Below are positions 25,324 to 34,294 of a stretch of DNA of 64,000 nucleotides, in pieces. Source of the stretch: an uncultured Pseudomonadota bacterium (GTDB lineage Bacteria > Pseudomonadota > Alphaproteobacteria > Acetobacterales > Acetobacteraceae); NCBI GenBank assembly GCA_963840545.1, contig CAWIZE010000006.1, positions 315,682-379,681 of the forward strand, in the 5' to 3' direction. The notes under the pieces are model-generated. The model was not told the DNA's origin and made no database searches. It saw nothing but the letters and a program-made list of their open reading frames with translations. The position numbers were made by a program, and so were the translations under genes. The first letter of the stretch is position 1. Every line of letters starts with the position of its first letter.

Positions 25324-26110
25324 ATGACTGGAGAGGCGCGGCGCTTGCTGAGGGAGCTACAGACCGCCTGGACGGGCGTACGGGCCGGAATGGCAAGAAT
25401 GTACGGCGCGAGCTCGGTAGAGCCAAAGGACTATCTGCAAATCTTCAAGGTCGAAGACGAAGAATGTGGCCAAATCAAGCTGGACGTCAGCCCAGTGGTG
25501 CTCAACGTTCCCGAGCGAGCAGGCAGTGGTTCCCTTGACCTCTACGTTGCCATCGCGGGATGGCTGTTGTTTGCTACGCGGAGGAACCAGGGCGACCCGA
25601 TCAGGACAGAGCGCTTTGGGACGAAGATTGGATATTTTCGTGCGAAGCGTGCGACACTTCAGCATGTTTATGGCGCGCATTACGACATCGAGGAAACGGC
25701 TCCGGGGCACCCCGTTTTTCACGGGCAAATTGCACCGCAGATGGAGTTCAGCAGCGATGTCCTCAACCTTTTTCATCGAGGCGGGGAACCCGAGAATCTC
25801 GTCAAACCGATCCTGAGGAACGTACCGTGTCCCGACCGCGCAGATGGATGTGTTCTCAGTGATCACCCAGGTTTGCGCAGACCACCTTATGTCGGCAGAC
25901 TCTGCCGCGGAGGTGCGGGAGGCCTTCAACTCGCTCCGAAAAGCCTGCGACTTTTTCACAGGCGCTGCAAATCGGCTAACGTACCTGAACAGCGGACCCG
26001 CAATATCCTGCTACCGGTCAACCCACTGGTACTCGGCACCACCGCCAGGCAGCGCCGCCGCCCGCGCGCAGCAAGGTAACGCACCCGCGCAGCCATTGTG
26101 CAAGTACTAA
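25324..26110 (+). pseudogene. unknown protein, apparently frameshifted (frame of 25324 switches to frame of 25844)
   Basis: After about 25817 the first frame becomes Arg-rich junk. The next frame, which has a stop at 25814-25816, continues with protein-like PTAQMDVFSVITQVCADHLMSADSAAEVREAFNSLRKACDFF up to 26110. Confidence 0.5.
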
Positions 26111-26315
26111 TGAAAAACCACGGGCGACGCTGCGCGATCGGCGAAGGCCTTCAGGTTGGGCGCGGCGACGGCGCCAAGGGCTCGCCTCCTGAGGGCCGGC
26201 GCAGCGCCCGAGGCCCTTCACAGCGAGGATCTGCCAGCGCGGAGCGCGGACGAGCAGCCGATCCTCGGCCACCGCGACCCATTTTGCCCCGCCCGCCCGC
26301 CTGAGGAGTACCCTC

Positions 26316-26576
26316 ATGACCAACGCCCAAGCCCTGATCGATAAGATCAAAACCCTGCCGCCCGAGCGGTTGGGCGAGGTCGAGGATTTCGTGGACTTTA
26401 TCGCCGCGAAATCGCGGCGGCTCGCCGCATTGGACCGGCTGCTCGCAATCGCCCCCGCGCTGGAAGCGGCCGGTGCGCCGCCGATCACGGAAGACGAGAT
26501 TCAGGCCGAAGTCGACGCCGTCCGCGCCGTCCGCGCCGCCCGGCAAATCCGAGGCGGCGGCGCGGATCGTCCTTGA
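26316..26576 (+). CDS. antitoxin-like protein (DUF2281-like N-terminus)
   Basis: ALIDKIKTLPPERLGEVEDFVDFI is typical of DUF2281-type antitoxins paired with PIN toxins. Confidence 0.6.
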   Translation: MTNAQALIDKIKTLPPERLGEVEDFVDFIAAKSRRLAALDRLLAIAPALEAAGAPPITEDEIQAEVDAVRAVRAARQIRGGGADRP

Positions 26577-26826
26577 CACCAATGTCGCCCTCTCCGCCCC
26601 GCTCCGGCGTGGCACGCCCTATCGGCTCCTCGACACCATCCGGCATCGGGAACAGATGCAGCTCTTCACGAGCATCGTGCTGCTGGAGGAATTGGCCGAG
26701 GTTCTGATCAGGCCAGCGTCATCGAAGCGCCTTGCCATCATCGGCCTCACCGCCAGCCAGATGCTCGCCGATTACGTCAATTCCGTCGATCTGGTGGCGC
26801 CGCTCGCGGTCCCCGCCACCCAATAA
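26563..26826 (+). pseudogene. PIN-domain (PIN_3-like) toxin remnant, no nearby start codon and 3'-truncated
   Basis: RIVLDTNVALSA.......LLD.......LFTS..LLEELAEVL matches the N-terminal two thirds of the family. The ORF ends before the expected RD..D and TGD acidic motifs. Confidence 0.5.
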
Positions 26827-26901
26827 AGGCTCCTTCCGCCCCGATGGCCCCGCCCGCCCGCCCGCGATATCCTCCCGCCGCCCGCCCGAGGAGTCGCCGC
26901 C

Positions 26902-28332
26902 ATGGACCAGCCCACCGCCTCCCCAAATCCCCCCCCCACCCGCATCGAGGAGGACGCCCTCGGCGACGTCCACGTCCCCGCGGCCCACCTCTGGGGCGCC
27001 CAAACCGAGCGCTCCCACGAAAACTTCCTCATCGGCGTCGAGCGCTTCCGCTGGCCCCGCTCGGTCATCCGCGCCCTCGGCATCCTCAAGAAATCCGCGG
27101 CGCTGGCCAACCTCGAGCTCGGCCAGCTCAGCCCCGAAAAAGTCGCCCTCATCACCCTCGCCGCCGACGAGGTGATCTCGGGCGCGCTCGACTCCGAATT
27201 CCCCCTCGTCGTCTTCCAGACCGGCTCCGGCACCCAGACCAACATGAACGCCAACGAGGTCATCTCCAACCGCGCCATCCAGATCGCCGGCGGCACCCTC
27301 GGCTCCAAGACGCCCATCCACCCCAACGACGACGTCAACCACTCCCAGTCCTCAAATGATACTTTCCCGACCGCCATGCACATCGCCGCCGTCGCCGAGA
27401 TCGCCGACCGCCTGATCCCCGCCGTCCGCACCCTCCGCGACACCCTCGCCGCGAAAATCGCGCCCTATGACCACATCGTCATGGTCGGCCGCACCCACCT
27501 CCAGGACGCAACCCCGCTCACCCTCGGCCAGCTCATCTCCGGCTGGGTCGCCCAGCTCGACGACGCCATCGGAACGATCGAGCGCGCCCTGCCCGGCCTC
27601 CTCGAGCTCGCGATCGGCGGCACCGCCGTCGGCACCGGCCTCAACGCCCATCCAAGCTTCGGCGAGACCGTCGCCCGCAAGGTCGCCGAGGAAACCGGGC
27701 ACGCCTTCATCTCGGCCCCCAACAAGTTCGCCGCCCTCTCGGCCCACGACGCCATGGTCAACGCCTCCGCCGCCATGCGCACCCTCGCCGGCGCCCTGAT
27801 GAAGATCGCCAACGATGTCCGCTGGTATGCAAGCGGCCCCCGCGCCGGCTTCGCCGAGCTCCTCATCCCCGAGAACGAGCCCGGCTCCTCGATCATGCCG
27901 GGCAAGATCAATCCCACCCAGTGCGAGGCGCTGACCATGGTCGCCGTCCAGGTCTTCGGCAACGACCACGCCGTCGCCTTCGCCGGCTCCCAGGGCAATT
28001 TCCAGCTCAATGTCTACAAGCCGGTGATGCTCCACAACGTCATCGAATCCGCCGGCCTCCTCGCCGACGCTTGTCTCTCCTTCGAGCGCCACTGCGCCCG
28101 CGGCATCGAACCGAACGAGAAGCGCATCGCCGAGCACCTGAACAATTCCCTCATGCTCGTCACCGCCCTCAATCCCCACATCGGCTACGAGAAATCGGCC
28201 AAAATCTCGCTCACCGCCTACCGCGAGGACATCAGCCTCCGCGAAGCCGCCCTGAAACTCGGTTTTCTCACCGCCGAACAATTCGACGCCTGGGTCCGCC
28301 CCGAGGACATGACCCACCCCCTCGCACCCTGA
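26902..28332 (+). CDS. fumC: class II fumarate hydratase
   Basis: Signature [16 protein letters not shown]. Full-length 476 aa with a typical N-terminus [25 protein letters not shown]. Confidence 0.97.
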   Translation: MDQPTASPNPPPTRIEEDALGDVHVPAAHLWGAQTERSHENFLIGVERFRWPRSVIRALGILKKSAALANLELGQLSPEKVALITLAADEVISGALDSEFPLVVFQTGSGTQTNMNANEVISNRAIQIAGGTLGSKTPIHPNDDVNHSQSSNDTFPTAMHIAAVAEIADRLIPAVRTLRDTLAAKIAPYDHIVMVGRTHLQDATPLTLGQLISGWVAQLDDAIGTIERALPGLLELAIGGTAVGTGLNAHPSFGETVARKVAEETGHAFISAPNKFAALSAHDAMVNASAAMRTLAGALMKIANDVRWYASGPRAGFAELLIPENEPGSSIMPGKINPTQCEALTMVAVQVFGNDHAVAFAGSQGNFQLNVYKPVMLHNVIESAGLLADACLSFERHCARGIEPNEKRIAEHLNNSLMLVTALNPHIGYEKSAKISLTAYREDISLREAALKLGFLTAEQFDAWVRPEDMTHPLAP

Positions 28333-28349
28333 GCCGGGCGGGGGAAAAA

Positions 28350-29546
28350 CTGCTCCGCGCCTCGGTCGGGATCGTCGGCGCCGGCCCCGCGGGCCTGATG
28401 CTCGCGCATCTCCTCGCGCGCGCCGGCATCAACTCGATCATCGTCGAATCCCGCACCCGCGCCGAGATCGAGGCCACCATCCGCGCCGGCGTCCTCGAGC
28501 AGGGCACCGCCGAGCTGATGGCCGAAACCGGCCTCGGCGCCCGCCTCGCCCGCGAGGGCCAGGTCCATCACGGCATCCGCTTGCGTTTCTCCAACAGCTT
28601 CCACCGCATCGACCTCGCCGCCCTCACCGGCCGCTCCATCACCATCTACGCCCAGCACGAGGTCCTCAAGGACCTCATCGCGGCCCGGCTCGACGAAGGC
28701 GGCGCGATCGTCTTCTCCGCCAACTCCCTCACCCTCCACGACCTCGAGACCGACACGCCCTCCCTCCGCTACCTCCATCACGGCCAGGAGGCCCGCATCG
28801 CCTGCGACTTCATCGCCGGCTGCGACGGCGCCGCCGGCCCCACCCGCCACGCCTTGCTCGGCCTCGCCCCGGGCGCCGCCCAGCGCCTCTTCGAGCGCGC
28901 CTATCCCTTCGCCTGGTTCGGCATCCTCGTCTCGGCCCGCCCCTCCGCGCCCGAGCTGATCTATGCCCGCCACGAACGCGGTTTCGCCCTGATCAGCACC
29001 CGCTCGCCCGCCGTGCAGCGGATGTATTTCCAGTGCGACCCGAACGACGAGCCCGACGCCTGGTCCGACGACCGCATCTGGAACGAACTTCACGCCCGCG
29101 CCTCCGGCCCCGATTTCCGGCTCAAGGAGGGAAAAATCTTCCAGAAGTCCGTCATCCACATGCACAGCCGCGTCGCCGAGCCGATGCAATTCGGAAAACT
29201 CTTCCTCGCCGGCGACGCCGCCCACGTCGTCCCGCCGACCGGTGCGAAGGGCCTCAACCTGGCGATCGCCGACGCCTTTCTCCTCGCCCGCGCCCTCTCC
29301 GCCTTTTACGCGACCGGCCGCCCCGAGTTCCTCCGCGCGTACTCCCCGACCGCCCTTGCCCGGGTCTGGCGCGCCCAGCATTTCTCATGGTGGATGACCT
29401 CCCTCTTCCACCGCTTTGAAGAGGCGGAAGAATTCGATCGCCGCCGCCAGCTTGCGGAGCTCGAGATGCTGGTCACCTCGCAAGCCGCCCAGACGATGCT
29501 CGCGGAGAATTACGTCGGCCTGCCACTCGTCCCGGAGGAGAGATGA
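28350..29546 (+). CDS. pobA: 4-hydroxybenzoate 3-monooxygenase
   Basis: It aligns along its whole length with PobA: GIVGAGPAGL, IRAGVLEQG, DFIAGCDG, LFLAGDAAHVVPPTGAKGLNLA, ENYVGLP. No ATG, GTG or TTG lies between the fumC stop and the GxGxxG motif. CTG 28350 is proposed as the start. Confidence 0.85.
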   Translation: MLRASVGIVGAGPAGLMLAHLLARAGINSIIVESRTRAEIEATIRAGVLEQGTAELMAETGLGARLAREGQVHHGIRLRFSNSFHRIDLAALTGRSITIYAQHEVLKDLIAARLDEGGAIVFSANSLTLHDLETDTPSLRYLHHGQEARIACDFIAGCDGAAGPTRHALLGLAPGAAQRLFERAYPFAWFGILVSARPSAPELIYARHERGFALISTRSPAVQRMYFQCDPNDEPDAWSDDRIWNELHARASGPDFRLKEGKIFQKSVIHMHSRVAEPMQFGKLFLAGDAAHVVPPTGAKGLNLAIADAFLLARALSAFYATGRPEFLRAYSPTALARVWRAQHFSWWMTSLFHRFEEAEEFDRRRQLAELEMLVTSQAAQTMLAENYVGLPLVPEER

Positions 29547-30448
29547 CGCAACGGATCAACCGCGCGATCGAGCTGCTCGATGCCGGCCAGGCAATATACT
29601 ACACCGGGGCCCATTCGGGCCATGCCCTGACCTGCGCCCAGGGCCGCGAGGATGCGAAAACCTGGGCCGATTACATCAATATCGGCATGGAGCACGGCGC
29701 TTTCGACATGGCCGGCCTTGCCGAGTACATCCGCGGCCTGCTCGAGGCCGGCCCGACCCGCTCCGGCCACCGCACCCCCGCCGTCATCGTCGAGGCGCCC
29801 GTGAACGGCGTGGACGAGGCCTCGGTCCGCGTCAATGCCTGGCAATTCCGTCAGATTCTCGCCCGCGGCGTGCACGGAATCGTGCTTTGCCAGGCCGAAC
29901 GGGCGGATTCGGTCCAGGCTTTCGTAGCCAGTTGCCGGTTTTCACACCATAAAATGCCCCCCGGTACGCCCACTCTGCCCACTTTGGCCACCCTCGCCAC
30001 CGGCACCCGCGGCCGCGGCTCGGAAGCAACCGCCGCTCCTGTCTGGGGCCTTGATTCCGAAGACTATATTCGCCGCGCCGATCCCTGGCCCCTCGATCCG
30101 GCGGGCGAGCTCCTCCTCGGCGTGAAAATCGAATCGCCCGCCGCCGTCGCCCGCTGCGAAGAGATCCTTGCAGTACCCGGCTTGGGTTTCGCCGAGCTCG
30201 GCCCCGGCGATCTGAGCCTTTCTCTCGGCTATGTCGCCATGCCGCGCGAGCCCTATCCGCCCGCGATGCAGGCGGCGCGCGAGCGCGTCTTCGCCGCCGC
30301 GCGGGCCAACAACCTTGCTTTTCTCGAGGCTTGCACGCCGGAAACCATCGCCGCCCGGCTCGACGAAGGGGTGCGTGTCATCGCCGGCGGAAGCGAGGAA
30401 ACCGCGCGCATCGGCCGCCGCCACCAGGGCCGCCGCATGGCGGTTTGA
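29543..30448 (+). CDS. HpcH/HpaI aldolase/citrate-lyase family protein
   Basis: Family-like segments IGMEHGAFD, GVKIESPAAV and ELGPGDLSLSLG. ATGA overlap with pobA. Confidence 0.65.
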   Translation: MTQRINRAIELLDAGQAIYYTGAHSGHALTCAQGREDAKTWADYINIGMEHGAFDMAGLAEYIRGLLEAGPTRSGHRTPAVIVEAPVNGVDEASVRVNAWQFRQILARGVHGIVLCQAERADSVQAFVASCRFSHHKMPPGTPTLPTLATLATGTRGRGSEATAAPVWGLDSEDYIRRADPWPLDPAGELLLGVKIESPAAVARCEEILAVPGLGFAELGPGDLSLSLGYVAMPREPYPPAMQAARERVFAAARANNLAFLEACTPETIAARLDEGVRVIAGGSEETARIGRRHQGRRMAV

Positions 30449-30454
30449 CGCCGT

Positions 30455-31435
30455 CTACCGCCCCGTCCAGGCGCTCGGATCGATACGGATTCTTCCCACC
30501 TGTATCAGCGTCTTAGCCTCCGGCTCCGCGCGCTCCTCGGAGAGCCTGAGCGCGTTGAGCGCCAGCATGAAGGCAATGGCGCCCATCAGCGAGCCCGGCA
30601 GCCAGAGGATCAGCCCGCCCATGTGCTGGTCGTGCAGCGCGCTGATCCACGGATAGAGCCGGCCGCAGAGATCGTAATAGCCGTAGAGGACCTGGCCGGT
30701 CATCGCGACATAGGCGCCGAGCGGGATCACCGGCAGCATCCCGAAGAATGCCGCCAGCATCCGCGTGAAATACGAGATCGCCGCCGGCGGCTGCGGCCGC
30801 GGATCGAGCACCAGGCACCAGAAAAGCACGCCTTCGGCCGCCATCAGCACGTTCATCGCGTCATACAGGCGCCAATCGATCATCACCCGGAGCACCACCA
30901 CCGGCACCACCTGCCCGACGATCAGCACGGCGAAGAGGATCGTCGCAATCACCGGCTGCTGGACGATGCGCAGCACCGCCGCGAAGGGCCGGGCGCGGAG
31001 GAAGCGGAGCACGATCCCCGGCATCCCTTCCTTGAGCGTTGCCCCCGGCCAGGAGAGGGCGATCAGGAACGGGCCGAGATCGTGCAGCACGAATTGCTGC
31101 GCCTGCGTCGCCATGAAGAGATGGAGCGAGAGGTAGGTGAACCGCGTCTGCACCGCCGCGTACATCGCGACGATCGCAATCCCGTAGCACGCCTGCCGCC
31201 AGAGGGCCGGCCGCGCCGCCGGGGCCATCCGCACGAGCCCGCGACCGTACCAAAGAAGCGCCAGCGCCGACCCGAGATACTCGATCCAAGAGAACTGCCA
31301 CGGCCCCCAGGCGGGCATCTCCGCCGGATGGAAGGCGGAGAACCAGGCCAGCGCGGCGCCGATCAGCACCACGATCCCGTGCGGCCCGACCTCGTCGAAG
31401 CGGGCGCGGCCACCCTGGAGCGTGGCGGCGGTCAC
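30455..31435 (-). CDS. polytopic membrane protein, cytochrome c oxidase assembly (Caa3_CtaG)-like
   Basis: About 7 TM segments. The pattern W.F......YL......LWYGRGL...........R...YG...V.......R..YLS..LF resembles the CtaG family. The assignment is tentative. Confidence 0.45.
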   Translation of the reverse strand: MTAATLQGGRARFDEVGPHGIVVLIGAALAWFSAFHPAEMPAWGPWQFSWIEYLGSALALLWYGRGLVRMAPAARPALWRQACYGIAIVAMYAAVQTRFTYLSLHLFMATQAQQFVLHDLGPFLIALSWPGATLKEGMPGIVLRFLRARPFAAVLRIVQQPVIATILFAVLIVGQVVPVVVLRVMIDWRLYDAMNVLMAAEGVLFWCLVLDPRPQPPAAISYFTRMLAAFFGMLPVIPLGAYVAMTGQVLYGYYDLCGRLYPWISALHDQHMGGLILWLPGSLMGAIAFMLALNALRLSEERAEPEAKTLIQVGRIRIDPSAWTGR

Positions 31436-31438
31436 GGT

Positions 31439-33352
31439 TCAGAACCCGAACATATGGTCTAGGGAAAAGACCCCTTCGCCCGCCATCAGCCCGTGATAGC
31501 CGAAAAGCCGGCAGGTCGTGTCGCGGATCAGCACGTATCCGGCCGGGCCGGCCTGGCTGAGCATGGAGGCGGGAAAAATCTGATCCGGAAAAATCATCGC
31601 CGAGCCCGAGCAGGCGATTTTTATCCGTTCCTCCGCGATTGCCTGTCCCGCTGAATCGTGCAGCAGAAGCGCCGTGTCCGAATGCGCGTGCCAGGCCGCC
31701 GAAGCCGGATAGATGAGCACCGAAAAACTCCGACGTCCGCCCTCGCCGAGCTTGAGAAAGAGCCGCGTCGAAAGGCCGGGCGGCGGTCCGCCATAGGATT
31801 GCGGCTCGTCCTTGTAGGTCATCAGCGTGTTGAAGATGTGCGAGCCGAAGCTCGTCTCCGCGGTGTGCCCGGAGCGCCGATGCTCGTAGCGCATCAGCGC
31901 GTGCATCCAGCCATCCGCCTCGCCACCGTCGCGGAAATCATAGACGAGCTCGGCGTGCCCGCCGGTTTCGGCGAGCGCGCCATCCGCCAGCACCGCGTCG
32001 AGATCGAGCGCGACGTCGTGCCGGCGCGGCAGGCAGCCCAGGAAGTGCTCGCCGACGCGCGCGCCCGCCGCGTCGAACACGTCGAGGCGGAGCGGCAGGG
32101 TCGTCTGGGTCTCGGCCATCGGGTTGGGCTGGACGGTGCTGCGGAAGCGCTCGCGCGGCAGCACGGGGAACGGGAGAAGAAAGCCGCGGCCGAGCAGGTT
32201 CGAAAGCGAGCGCAGGCCCGGGTCGGGGCGGAGGTCGGCCCGCTCGACATTGACATGCGCGATATGCGGCCGCCCGTTCCGCACGATCTCGTAGCGCGGC
32301 CGGACCATGTGCCGTCCGGCGCGCACCTCGATCTGCGCCGGCCAGTTCAGGCCGGGGAGGAGTTTTGCGACGTTCACCGCGACGGTCGCGTAAGGCGGCA
32401 CGGTGCCGGGCAGGGCCACCGGCGCCTCGGCGCCCATCCGATCGAGCGTGATCCCGCCTTCCGGGATCGGCGCGGCGTGGCTGTTCTGCACCCAGAGCAG
32501 CACTGTCTCGTCGGCGCGCGGCGCCGGCAGGCCGGCATAGCGGGCGGACGGCCAGGCGTTCGCGTCGTGCGTGCAGGAAAGGGCCGGATGGTCCGCGCCA
32601 TTGGTCGAGAAGGTGTCGAGCGCGTATTTCACGACATCGTGCCCGGCGGCGCCGATCACCTGCAGGAAGAGCTGGCCGGTGAAGGGGGGCAGGCCGAAGC
32701 GGGCGCGAATTTGGCGGCTGTCGAAGGCGATCCCGCCCGGCCCCTCGGGCGCCTTCTCCTCCCAGCTTGCGAGCTCTTCGCCGCCACGGCCGAAGAGCCG
32801 GAGCCAGAGCCGCACGTCGCGCGCGCCATAGCCCGCCCAGTAATTGGCGGTGACCAGCCGCGTCGAGAGCCCGTCCTGGTCGCGGAAGAAGGCGTAGTTG
32901 GTCGCGAAGTTGAGCGGATCGAGATAGCGCCGGCGGTTGCCGAGCATCGCCTCGGGCAGGCGAACCGTATCGAGGCTCGCGATCGCCGCCCCCGAAGGGC
33001 CTGCCGCCGCAAGACGGGCTTCGATCCGCGCTGTATCGAAGGCGGCGATCAGCACCGTGCGCGCGCCCGAGCCGCCGAGCTCGGAGAGCGGCCGGCAGCG
33101 GAAACCCGCCCGTTCGGCGCCGATCTCGCGCACGTCCTGGACGAAGATGCCAGCGAGCTTCGGCGGCTCGGGATAGAGGGCGAGCAGGGCCGGGGCGATG
33201 CCGTCGGGGTCGAAGAGGGCAACCGGCGCCGCCGCGGCGAGCCTTGCGTAGAGGCGCGCCACGGCCTCGGCGGCGAGCGGATGGGCGAGCGCCTTGTAGA
33301 CCACGTTGCCGCCGCGCCGCTGATCGAAGGTCTCAATCTCGAGCATCACCAC
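31439..33352 (-). CDS. hypothetical protein (637 aa, soluble, no recognised domain)
   Basis: A long ORF tightly packed between the ELM1-like and CtaG-like genes (6-nt and 3-nt gaps). Composition is consistent with host coding. Confidence 0.6.
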   Translation of the reverse strand: MVMLEIETFDQRRGGNVVYKALAHPLAAEAVARLYARLAAAAPVALFDPDGIAPALLALYPEPPKLAGIFVQDVREIGAERAGFRCRPLSELGGSGARTVLIAAFDTARIEARLAAAGPSGAAIASLDTVRLPEAMLGNRRRYLDPLNFATNYAFFRDQDGLSTRLVTANYWAGYGARDVRLWLRLFGRGGEELASWEEKAPEGPGGIAFDSRQIRARFGLPPFTGQLFLQVIGAAGHDVVKYALDTFSTNGADHPALSCTHDANAWPSARYAGLPAPRADETVLLWVQNSHAAPIPEGGITLDRMGAEAPVALPGTVPPYATVAVNVAKLLPGLNWPAQIEVRAGRHMVRPRYEIVRNGRPHIAHVNVERADLRPDPGLRSLSNLLGRGFLLPFPVLPRERFRSTVQPNPMAETQTTLPLRLDVFDAAGARVGEHFLGCLPRRHDVALDLDAVLADGALAETGGHAELVYDFRDGGEADGWMHALMRYEHRRSGHTAETSFGSHIFNTLMTYKDEPQSYGGPPPGLSTRLFLKLGEGGRRSFSVLIYPASAAWHAHSDTALLLHDSAGQAIAEERIKIACSGSAMIFPDQIFPASMLSQAGPAGYVLIRDTTCRLFGYHGLMAGEGVFSLDHMFGF

Positions 33353-33358
33353 TCCGCA

Positions 33359-34282
33359 TCAATCGAGGCCGAGCCGGCGGCGCATCTCTGCTGCGGCCTC
33401 GGCGGTGTCGTCGAGCGCCGTCACGCTCCAGCCGGCGAACCGTCCGGCGAAGGGCCGCACGCGCCCGCACGCCTCCATCGCGGCGACGAAGAGCCGGTTG
33501 CGCCGCGACCGGCCGGGCAGGGGGGCTAGCATGACCGGTGCCGTGGTGGCCACTGCCTCCGAGATCATCGAGACCGAATCGATCGTCACCACGATGGCAT
33601 CCGCAAGCCCCAGCAGGCCGAAATATGGGTTTCCCCCGCTGCCGTCCCAGACATAGCCGCCGAGCGGCGCGATCGCCTCGCGGAGCGAAGCCGCCGCCGC
33701 CGGGTCGGTCCGGCGGGAGGGCGTCGCGGCCACGCCGACGCCGTCCCGCCTCATCATGGCCGCGAGCTCGGCCCCGAGTGCGGCCCCGACGGCGCGGTCG
33801 AGCCGGAAGCGGCCATTGGCGCCGCCCACCAGCACCGCGACCAGCGGGCGCGGCAGGTGCGCGAACCGCGGTGCCCACTCGGCCGCCGCCGCGGCGAGCC
33901 GCGCCGGCGTCACGCGGTGGAGCGCTGAGCGGGTGACGATGACGTTGGGGCCGGAGATCTCGTCGTGCCGTGCCGCGAGGACGAGGTCGAAGCGGTCGAG
34001 CGGGAGGCGTGGGTCCTGAACCTGGACCACCCGCGAGCCGCGCCGGCGCAAGGCCGCGCCGACCGCGGCCCCGACTCCGCCGACCCCGATCGCGAGCTCG
34101 GGGAAGGGCGGCGCCATCCCGACCGCCGCCAGCGGCGCGGGCCAGGCACGGGCGGCCAACCAGCGCCAGGGCGCCCGCGGGGCAAGGGGGAAAAACTCGG
34201 CGGCGAGGCCGGCCGCCTCGGCAAGCCCGAGCCCCTGGGCCTGGAGCCCCGCATAAGGCTCGGAGAGGATGCCTGTCTTCAC
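33359..34282 (-). CDS. ELM1/DUF1022-family protein (mitochondrial-fission-ELM1-like, glycosyltransferase-like fold)
   Basis: DLVLAARHDE..GPNVIVT..ALHRVTP..L, VAVLVGG and ATPSRRT are family-like segments. Confidence 0.6.
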   Translation of the reverse strand: MKTGILSEPYAGLQAQGLGLAEAAGLAAEFFPLAPRAPWRWLAARAWPAPLAAVGMAPPFPELAIGVGGVGAAVGAALRRRGSRVVQVQDPRLPLDRFDLVLAARHDEISGPNVIVTRSALHRVTPARLAAAAAEWAPRFAHLPRPLVAVLVGGANGRFRLDRAVGAALGAELAAMMRRDGVGVAATPSRRTDPAAAASLREAIAPLGGYVWDGSGGNPYFGLLGLADAIVVTIDSVSMISEAVATTAPVMLAPLPGRSRRNRLFVAAMEACGRVRPFAGRFAGWSVTALDDTAEAAAEMRRRLGLD

Positions 34283-34294
34283 ACCGCGCCCTCT

